Assembly: GCF_000446015.1 (NCBI RefSeq)
Contig: NC_022093.1
Span: 1,380,001-1,412,000 of the forward strand
Source: Thermofilum adornatum
Lineage (GTDB): Archaea; Thermoproteota; Thermoprotei; Thermofilales; Thermofilaceae
Length of the DNA stretch: 32,000 bases
Reading direction: 5' to 3'
Below, piece after piece: positions 26,087 through 32,000 of the stretch (positions are counted from its first letter, which is position 1; the number at the start of each line of letters is the position of its first letter). Position numbers and translations under genes: made by a program. Below the pieces are notes generated by a model, which was not told where the DNA came from, did not search any database, and worked only from the letters and a program-made list of their open reading frames with translations.

Positions 26087-26971
26087 GTGCCTAGACCACG
26101 ATTGCTCGAGCTCCACCTGACGGTTCTCGTGGACGATTATTCCGGCATGACAAGGCTACTTGCAGAGCACGGCCTAAGCATCCATGTCAAAGCAGTCTAC
26201 GACAATGGGGAAACATATAGGCTCCTCTTTGACACTGGCCAGACAGGAGAAGTATTGCTCAGGAATGCACAGGGGCTAAAAATACTGCTCGAAGACATCG
26301 ATGCAGTTGTCCTCTCTCATAGGCACTACGACCACGCCGGCGGCTTGCCCCAAATACTAGACAAGATCAAAGCCAAGCCTCTAGTCGCACACCCAGACGT
26401 CGTAAAGCCCAGCTACTCCTCGCGAGAAGGCTTCATGCGCTTCAACCTGGCCCTCACTAGCACCCAGTGGGAAAAAATAATCACCAGCCTAGAGCCAGTC
26501 CTAACCAGGAAGCCCCTCGAGCTAGCTCCAGACATATGGTTCCTAGGAGAAATACCCAGGACCAGCGACAACTCCTACGCAACCAGGGGGTTCTATACAC
26601 AGGAAGCCGGGGAAGTAGTCCCAGACAAGCTACTGGACGACACGGGCATAGCCATAAAGCTCCAAGACACGGCAATAGTAATAGCTGGATGCAGCCACTC
26701 AGGAATAGCGAACATAGCCCGACAAGCAAAACAACTAACAGGAGCACAGCAAATAGCCATAATAGGCGGACTGCACACGGGCCAAGCCACAGACCAAGAA
26801 CTAGAGACAATAACAAGGGAACTCGCCTCGCTCAATACCACCGAAGTCCACGCAGGCCACTGCACAGGGCTCAGAGGAGAAATAGCCCTCCACAACCAAT
26901 GGAAACAATCGCTGCACAGGATCCACAGCGGCTACACAGCCATCTTTAAGCTACAAGAGAGAGAAAAATAA
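26087..26971 (+). CDS. MBL-fold metallo-hydrolase, COG1237 type (cytoplasmic paralog)
   Basis: 'VLVDDY...HGLSIHV...LLFDTGQ', HxHxDH as 'SHRHYDHAGG', 'AGCSHSGIAN', 'GGLHTG', 'HAGHCTG'. GTG start. Confidence 0.85.
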   Translation: MPRPRLLELHLTVLVDDYSGMTRLLAEHGLSIHVKAVYDNGETYRLLFDTGQTGEVLLRNAQGLKILLEDIDAVVLSHRHYDHAGGLPQILDKIKAKPLVAHPDVVKPSYSSREGFMRFNLALTSTQWEKIITSLEPVLTRKPLELAPDIWFLGEIPRTSDNSYATRGFYTQEAGEVVPDKLLDDTGIAIKLQDTAIVIAGCSHSGIANIARQAKQLTGAQQIAIIGGLHTGQATDQELETITRELASLNTTEVHAGHCTGLRGEIALHNQWKQSLHRIHSGYTAIFKLQEREK

Positions 26972-27152
26972 AACCAGACCCCTTTACATACCAAAAATGC
27001 CCTTCGAGACAACTTCTGAAGATGCACGGTATTAACTTAAATCTCCAGAGCAAATCCCCCAGAAGCTTTATTTTGATATGTTTCCACGTCTCAGAGAAAA
27101 GGTAGCCCATTCGCCTTGCTAAGTTTAAAATACTACTTTTTGTTAAAAGTAA

Positions 27153-27401
27153 TTGAGAAGTTTGAGGTTCAGCGTAGTTATTGAAAAAGACGAGGATGGT
27201 TACTATGTCGCCTACGTCCCAGAGCTACCCGGCTGTCACACGCAGGCTAAAACCCTAGACGAGCTCCTGGAAAGGGTCAAGGAAGCCATCGAACTTTATC
27301 TTGAAGTTGAGGGGTCATCTGTGGAAATGGGAAGAGAACTCGTCAGCATACAGTTCATTGAGGTCGGTGTTAGTGAGCTTAAGACCCGTTCCAGCCGATA
27401 A
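27153..27401 (+). CDS. hicB: HicB-family antitoxin (UPF0150-type, minimal)
   Basis: 'FSVVIEKDEDGYYVAYVPELPGCHTQAKTLDELLERVKEAIELYLE' is the HicB N-terminal fold signature. The start is TTG (27153 or 27162), and TTTAAAAT lies about 25 nt upstream. Confidence 0.85.
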   Translation: MRSLRFSVVIEKDEDGYYVAYVPELPGCHTQAKTLDELLERVKEAIELYLEVEGSSVEMGRELVSIQFIEVGVSELKTRSSR

Positions 27402-27594
27402 GGTCATAAAGGTTCTTATGAAAGTAGGCTTTAAACCAGTAAGGCAAAAAGGGGGCCACATTATTCTTAAACATGAGGACGGAAGAGTAACCGTAATACT
27501 TGTCCATAAAGGCGAGGAGATCGGTAGAGGCTTACTCACTCGGATTATTAAAGAAGCAGGTCTAACAAGGGAAGAGTTGCTCAAATTATTTTAG
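27373..27594 (+). CDS. hicA: HicA-family mRNA interferase toxin
   Basis: '(M)SLRPVPADKVIKVLMKVGFKPVRQKGGHIILKHEDGRVTVILVHKGEEIGRGLLTRIIKEAGLTREELLKLF' matches HicA/YcfA along its full length, including the catalytic His in 'GGH'. The track ORF (27301) is over-extended; the start is probably GTG 27373 or 27367, overlapping hicB. Confidence 0.85.
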   Translation: MSLRPVPADKVIKVLMKVGFKPVRQKGGHIILKHEDGRVTVILVHKGEEIGRGLLTRIIKEAGLTREELLKLF

Positions 27595-27660
27595 GAAACC
27601 TAAACCTATAAAAATATACATGCCAACATCTCTTGAGACATCGTCCAAAACTATTTATAC

Positions 27661-28524
27661 ATGACAAAGTTACTTTACTATGTGTATAAATGGATTTTTC
27701 CCATTGCAATTCTTATTGTATGCATAGGTGTCTTTGGAGCCCTACTCTACATGCTGGGAAGAGCCTCCAATGTTCCCGAAAAACATGCTGGCAACGAGTC
27801 TCGGGAGTATGCCGGGTATGTGCGCCTAGTTGTCCTCGTAGATAACAATCCCTACAAGGAAGGCCTAGAGACGGCGTGGGGCCTCGCAGTCTATCTCGAG
27901 ACCGGTCAGACCAAGCTGCTCTTCGACACGGGGCCGGACCCCGGCGTACTCGAGAGAAACGCCGAGAAGCTAGGAATAGACCTAAGCAAGATAGACTTCA
28001 TAGTTATCAGCCACCCGCACGGGGACCATACAGGGGGCCTGAAGCTCCTTTCTTCTATTAAGCCCGGGCTCCGAGTATATATACCGCCAGACCGAAGCCT
28101 CAAAAACTATGTCCAAAGCCTCGGCCTAGAGCCCATACAGGTAAACAGCACTGTCGAGGTGGCGAAGGGGGTATTCGTCGTCGAGCCCCTTTATGGACCA
28201 CCCGTCGAGGAGGCGCTCGCCGTCAAGACCAGCAAGGGACTAGCCATACTGGTCGGCTGCAGCCACCCCGGGGTTGTGAACCTCGTTAACCAGGCAGTTA
28301 GAGACCTAGGCATGAAGCCATACCTCGTGCTCGGGGGATTCCACATGTTCGGGGCACCTCTCCAGGATATTAAAGAAGTCGCTTCACGACTAGTGGAAAT
28401 TGGGGCCGAGAAGATCTACCCTATACACTGTAGCGGCGACACAATCAGGAACTACCTCGCAAACAGCTACAAGGACAAATACGGCGACGGGGGAGCAGGG
28501 CTAGAAATCGATATACAAGGATAG
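27661..28524 (+). CDS. MBL-fold metallo-hydrolase, COG1237 type, with an N-terminal TM anchor (paralog of 26087-26971)
   Basis: TM 'IFPIAILIVCIGVFGALLYML', then 'VVLVDNN...WGLAVYLE...LLFDTGP', 'SHPHGDHTGG', 'VGCSHPGVVN', 'GGFHMFG', 'PIHCSGD'. Confidence 0.85.
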   Translation: MTKLLYYVYKWIFPIAILIVCIGVFGALLYMLGRASNVPEKHAGNESREYAGYVRLVVLVDNNPYKEGLETAWGLAVYLETGQTKLLFDTGPDPGVLERNAEKLGIDLSKIDFIVISHPHGDHTGGLKLLSSIKPGLRVYIPPDRSLKNYVQSLGLEPIQVNSTVEVAKGVFVVEPLYGPPVEEALAVKTSKGLAILVGCSHPGVVNLVNQAVRDLGMKPYLVLGGFHMFGAPLQDIKEVASRLVEIGAEKIYPIHCSGDTIRNYLANSYKDKYGDGGAGLEIDIQG

Positions 28525-28623
28525 CTCGACATAAAACCAGCTTCAAAGGTATGAATCCTTGGATTTAACAGGATTAAATAGTTAGTTTCGTTATATATTG
28601 GGAAGATATAACCAGGAGAGAAT

Positions 28624-28923
28624 ATGCATGATCTAAGAGTTTCTAGGAGATTTGTAAGCCATGTTATAAAAAGACACAAGGATTGGATAGAAATGTTAGG
28701 GCTAGAGACAGGGGAGGAAATTACTAATTTTATAAGGCAAGTCCTTAAGAACCCTGACAAAATTTATAAAGATAAAATCAGAGACGACGTCACATATCTT
28801 CTTAAAAGGCTAGATTCATACTTTCTTTGCGTAGTTGTTGTTGGAAAAATTGCTGTAACAGCATACCTTATAAGCCAAGAAAAATATGATAAATATAGGA
28901 AAAATAGATGGGTGGAGAGGTGA
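28624..28923 (+). CDS. Putative toxin (DUF4258/BECR-fold-like small RNase candidate)
   Basis: 99 aa. 'VSRRFVSHVIKRHKDW...EITNFIRQVLKNPDKIYKD...YLLKRL...FLCVVVV...VTAYL' resembles the H..KRH plus 'nPD.I' plus beta-core layout of small BECR/DUF4258-type toxins. It sits 7 nt upstream of a DUF2283-like gene, with a strong SD (GGAGAGGTGA) between them. Confidence 0.45.
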   Translation: MHDLRVSRRFVSHVIKRHKDWIEMLGLETGEEITNFIRQVLKNPDKIYKDKIRDDVTYLLKRLDSYFLCVVVVGKIAVTAYLISQEKYDKYRKNRWVER

Positions 28924-28930
28924 ATAGAAA

Positions 28931-29212
28931 ATGGGAATAGCTTCTCTCTTAGAGCTTGATTTGAAAAAAATACTAGACCTCATTGAGAGGAAGTACAACA
29001 TTAAATTGCCAAAGAAGGTTATAGAGGTCTACCTAGACGACACCCATGACCTGCTATTTGTAAGGTTCAAAGAGCCCCAAGGAATAGAGGCCGGCGAACC
29101 CCTCCCAACAAGGACCATAGCAACGATATTTATCGAAGAGAAAACAGGCGAAATAACCGCCCTCGAAATAGTAGGATTAAGCGACCTACTAGAAGAGCTA
29201 GCAATGGCATAG
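28931..29212 (+). CDS. DUF2283-like small protein (putative antitoxin)
   Basis: 'VIEVYLDDTHDLLFVRFKEP...ATIFIEEKTGEITALEIVGLS' matches the DUF2283 pattern (Y-D-x-x-x-D-x-L-Y-I/V-x-F ... G-x-I-x-G/A-I/L-E-I). Confidence 0.6.
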   Translation: MGIASLLELDLKKILDLIERKYNIKLPKKVIEVYLDDTHDLLFVRFKEPQGIEAGEPLPTRTIATIFIEEKTGEITALEIVGLSDLLEELAMA

Positions 29213-29400
29213 CTTTTTTCTCCTCAGAGTCAGCACACGAGGTTTTCAAGATACTACAAAATACTAACCTAAAACCTTACTTTTTGGGTGCCTACCCTGC
29301 CATATTTCCTTTTTCCCCGGAGCTCACATTTAACCCAGGTATATTCCCTCAAAAACCATCGGTCTCATGTTATGGGACATCCAAAATGAAATGAAAAAAT

Positions 29401-29418
29401 TTATAGTCTAGACTATAA
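29401..29418. promoter_or_regulatory. 18-bp perfect palindrome overlapping the TATA-like box of the 29435 ATPase gene
   Basis: TTATAGTCTAGACTATAA (29401-29418) was checked base by base as its own reverse complement. TTTATA at 29400-29405 lies about 32 nt upstream of the ATG. Confidence 0.5.
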
Positions 29419-29434
29419 TAGTTTTAACTATATT

Positions 29435-30778
29435 ATGAAACATCTAATTGACAGGAGGGAAGAGCTTAAGGCCCTTGATGAGTGGTATAACAAGGGAAGA
29501 GTAGCCCTTATATTTGGAAGGAGGCGAGTCGGAAAAACCAGGCTCGTCCTAGAGTTCATAAAGAATAAGAGAGCTGTCTATCTCCTAGCCGCGGATTCGA
29601 CCCTCGAATACAACCTTGCAAAGTTTTCCGAGGAATTGTCAGAGAGATTCAGCGTTCCAGGCTTGAGGTTCAGAGACTTCGAGGAGCTTTTCCGCTTCAT
29701 CGAGGGCAGAAGCGACGTAGACATAGTAGTCATAGACGAGTTCGGGTACCTAGTAAAGGCGGGGGCTCTTCCACAGTTCCAACGCATCGTGGACATCATC
29801 CTTGACACAAAGAAACTAGTATTGACTGGCTCAACAATCTCAGCTATTGAGTCTAAACTCCTGGGATACAGGAGCCCACTCTATGGACGCCTAGACCTCG
29901 TAAAAAAGATCCAGCCACTCCGCTTCCACCACTTGTTCGAATGGTTCCCCGGCGCAACCTTTGACGGGGCAATAGCTGTCTACGGGGCCACGGGCGGGGT
30001 TCCACGCTACCTTGAATTCTTCTCGAAGTGTACAGGAGACGAAGTCGAAAAAGTAATGCTTAACCCCGACATATTGCCCTTCCGCGACGCGAAGCTCATA
30101 ATAGAGGAGGAACTGCCCGAGCCGCACCGCTATTTCCAGATACTCGAGGCCATTGCAGGCGGCAGGACAAGGCTAAGCGAGATCTCACACGTTACAGGCA
30201 TAGAGCCACACAAGCTACCATACTACCTAGGCGTCCTCAGGGACCTCGGCTACGTCTACTACGAAAAGCCCCTGCTCGAGGGCAAACGCGGCACATACAG
30301 GGTCAAGGAGCCTTATTTCGCCTTCTGGCTCAGGTTCATATACCCGTTCTACGAGGAGATAGAGTCGGGACTAAAGACACACGCCGAAACATATTTCCGG
30401 AAAAACTTCAACACGTACCTAGGCCAAGTCTTCGAACAAGTCGCAGGAGAACTAGTCCTCCAAAAAATCAAACACACGAGGGCAGGCCGGTGGTGGAAGG
30501 GAGACACAGAGATAGACCTCATAGCAATAGACGAGGAAACAGCCAAAGCCTACTTCATAGAATTCAAATACAGCTCCGACGTAGACCCAGAAACCGAGCT
30601 AGACAAGCTCAAAAAGAAGACAACACTATTCGGCTGGAAAAAAGACACAAGGAAAGAAGAATACATACTCGTCGCAAAATCATTCAAGAGACAGTCAAGC
30701 CAAGCCACAACAATAGACCAACAAAAACTCCACAAAATAGCACTAGAAACCCTAAACAACGAGAGAGAAAAATATTAA
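29435..30778 (+). CDS. Archaeal P-loop ATPase (COG1672 / Arch_ATPase) with a C-terminal DUF234-type PD-(D/E)XK-like module
   Basis: 'DRREELKALDEW', Walker A 'GRRRVGKTR', Walker B 'VVVIDEFGYL', wHTH 'YFQILEAIAGGRTRLSEISHVTGIEPHKLPYYLGVLRDLGYV', and the C-terminal 'WWKGDTEIDLIAIDEETAKAYFIEFKYS' (D...ExK). Confidence 0.85.
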   Translation: MKHLIDRREELKALDEWYNKGRVALIFGRRRVGKTRLVLEFIKNKRAVYLLAADSTLEYNLAKFSEELSERFSVPGLRFRDFEELFRFIEGRSDVDIVVIDEFGYLVKAGALPQFQRIVDIILDTKKLVLTGSTISAIESKLLGYRSPLYGRLDLVKKIQPLRFHHLFEWFPGATFDGAIAVYGATGGVPRYLEFFSKCTGDEVEKVMLNPDILPFRDAKLIIEEELPEPHRYFQILEAIAGGRTRLSEISHVTGIEPHKLPYYLGVLRDLGYVYYEKPLLEGKRGTYRVKEPYFAFWLRFIYPFYEEIESGLKTHAETYFRKNFNTYLGQVFEQVAGELVLQKIKHTRAGRWWKGDTEIDLIAIDEETAKAYFIEFKYSSDVDPETELDKLKKKTTLFGWKKDTRKEEYILVAKSFKRQSSQATTIDQQKLHKIALETLNNEREKY

Positions 30779-30987
30779 CAAGCACCCGCTCGGCCTTATA
30801 AAGAGCACTTTAGGTTGGTCTCTAAAGAAACAATTAGCACACGCTATTAAATAGTAGAAGATATACAAAAGATGATGTTGTTTTACTTCTCGGGAAAAAA
30901 TGTGGCAAGCTCCCAAGGAATAGATCTGGAACTGACCACCTTAAATATATATCAGAGTGATGATTATAGAAAATAGAGAGTGGTCAA

Positions 30988-31815
30988 ATGATGGAGCTAA
31001 GCGAGCTCAAAACAAAGATACTAGCCCTGCTCAAAACAGACGAAGAATTCCGCTACGCAGTAGCAGGCATGATTGGCTACGACGAGATACTAAAAAGACT
31101 CCAGAAACACGACGAGAAGTTTGAAGAAATAGTCTCTATACTTAATAGGCACGAGGAGATACTTGCAAGACACGAAGAGAAATTCAAAGAAATACTGGCA
31201 CAGCTCAAAGAAATCCGGGAATCCCAAAGCAGGCTAGAAAACCGCGTTAACTCTTTAGACAACCGTGTAGACTCTCTAGAAAAAGGCGTAAACTCCTTAG
31301 ATAAACGTGTGGATTCTCTAGAGAAACGGATAGACTCTTTGGAGAAAAGTGTAAACTCCTTAGAGAAAAAAGTCGACTCTTTAGATAAACGTGTAGGCTC
31401 CTTAGAGGAACGCGTCGATTCATTGGCAAGCGCGATGATAGCAGGCTTCGCCGAGCTAAGCAAGTTCGCAGGCATAACCTTTGAAGAATTCGTAAGAAAA
31501 TTCCTAACAGCAAGCCTCCAAAAGTCAGGCCAGATACCCCAGGGATTAGAGCTCACAAGAAAAGTCATAGACAGCGAAGAAATAGACATCTTCCTAGAAG
31601 ACCCCCTCATAGTTGGCGAAGTAACAGCACACGCAGATACACCCCAGGAAGCCGACAAGCTCCTCAAAAAAGCAGAACTAGCAAAAACAAGGTACGCAAA
31701 GGAGCCCAAAAAAATACTAGTAATCCTCACAGCCAAAAGAGACGTAGCCCAAGAAATACAGAGAAAAGCAAAAGAGAAAAACATAGAACTAATAATAGGA
31801 AGAATAATAGACTAG
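30988..31815 (+). CDS. Coiled-coil protein with a C-terminal PD-(D/E)XK-like domain (paralog B; ExK lysine replaced)
   Basis: 'LKTDEEFRYAVAGMIG' is shared with paralog A. It has His heptads (H41, H55, H62) and nine 'xVDSLEK' heptads. The C-terminal 'EEIDIF...LIVGEVTA...KILVILTAKRD...NIELI' aligns with the core of paralog A, but reads EVT where A has EVK. Confidence 0.7.
   Translation: MMELSELKTKILALLKTDEEFRYAVAGMIGYDEILKRLQKHDEKFEEIVSILNRHEEILARHEEKFKEILAQLKEIRESQSRLENRVNSLDNRVDSLEKGVNSLDKRVDSLEKRIDSLEKSVNSLEKKVDSLDKRVGSLEERVDSLASAMIAGFAELSKFAGITFEEFVRKFLTASLQKSGQIPQGLELTRKVIDSEEIDIFLEDPLIVGEVTAHADTPQEADKLLKKAELAKTRYAKEPKKILVILTAKRDVAQEIQRKAKEKNIELIIGRIID
31234..31425 (+). repeat. In-frame 21-bp repeat array (9 heptads, L-[ED]-x-[RGSK]-[VI]-[DNG]-S), with 42-bp super-periodicity in the first units
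   Basis: Ser-Leu falls at aa 89/90, 96/97 and onward to 145/146. The first four units alternate LExxVNS / LDxRVDS, and their Leu codons alternate CTA/TTA. Confidence 0.9.
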
Positions 31816-32000
31816 CCCCAAAAGCCCTAAGCTCCCTCAACACGACGACATATCAAAATCTAAAAAGCCCTGAGAAAATCTCTAAAACTTTTATCTTTTA
31901 AGTCCCCTAATGAACTTCTTTCGCTGACAGAACCACTGTATTCTTACCCTTAATCCAATGGAAAGAAAGCTTTTTGACTATATGCTGAAGTAATAAAAGG

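Noticed and set aside
26467-26949. Three long overlapping ORFs (160 aa on the + strand; 111 and 100 aa on the - strand) inside the first MBL gene
   Set aside because: The coding strand here is strongly T-depleted: one 60-nt line had only 5 T. Stop codons are therefore rare in every frame. The products are Arg/Pro/Gln/His or Leu/Cys/Trp low-complexity, while the MBL frame carries all the catalytic motifs.
26972-27152. 54-codon minus-strand ORF ('MGYLFSETWKHIKIKLLGDLLWRF...') in the spacer before hicB
   Set aside because: It is below the size threshold, has no motif, overlaps the MBL stop region, and has no promoter or SD context.
30872-30963. C/D-box sRNA-like signals upstream of 30988: AUGAUGU at 30872-30878, CUGA at 30932-30935, GUGAUGA at 30957-30963
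   Set aside because: The first C box is imperfect. There are no internal C'/D' boxes, the flanks ('caaaag' and 'ccacc') cannot form a terminal stem, and the perfect C box has no downstream D box before the ORF.
31077-31784. 235-aa and 88-aa minus-strand ORFs antisense to coiled-coil nuclease B
   Set aside because: This is the same artefact: the repeat-rich, stop-poor sense sequence leaves the antisense frame open, and the product is Ser/Leu/Phe low-complexity.

Overview
The window looks like a gene-dense chromosomal segment of a hyperthermophilic archaeon. This rests on inference only: pcp, a TrmB regulator, several Arch_ATPase-type P-loop proteins, HEPN/MNT and VapBC-type modules, AGG/AGA/ATA/CTA-rich codon usage, and TTTAAA/TTTATA boxes about 25-35 nt upstream of start codons. 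A Desulfurococcales-like crenarchaeon fits best.

I recognise about 40 protein-coding genes. I see no rRNA, tRNA, CRISPR array, transposase or integrase.

- **1-12.5 kb:** mixed housekeeping and accessory genes. These are an orphan RHH protein, a DUF134/DUF5320 pair, pcp, a PadR-ABC-2 exporter operon, an MFS transporter, an AbrB-PhoU regulator, DedA, a stand-alone Cas4-like nuclease, a decayed vapBC, an MscS-like channel and a HEPN-MNT pair.
- **12.6-20.1 kb:** a sugar-utilisation locus. It holds a TrmB regulator, an uncharacterised GH42-like/GHL-type hydrolase and a divergent CUT1-type ABC importer.
- **20.1-31.8 kb:** the accessory part and the best place for something new.
  - Three different P-loop ATPases, two of which carry C-terminal PD-(D/E)XK-like tails.
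  - An amber-interrupted amidohydrolase and a heavily sequon-loaded surface protein.
  - Two paralogous proteins built as a conserved DEEFR..AVAG N-terminus, a long strictly heptad-periodic coiled coil, and a PD-(D/E)XK-like C-terminus.
  - These two paralogs bracket a same-strand block containing two paralogous MBL-fold hydrolases around a hicBA pair, a BECR-like toxin with a DUF2283-like antitoxin, and one of the ATPases.
  - Several ATPase promoters carry strong dyad or tandem repeat elements.

All family assignments come from motif recognition by eye. No database search was run.
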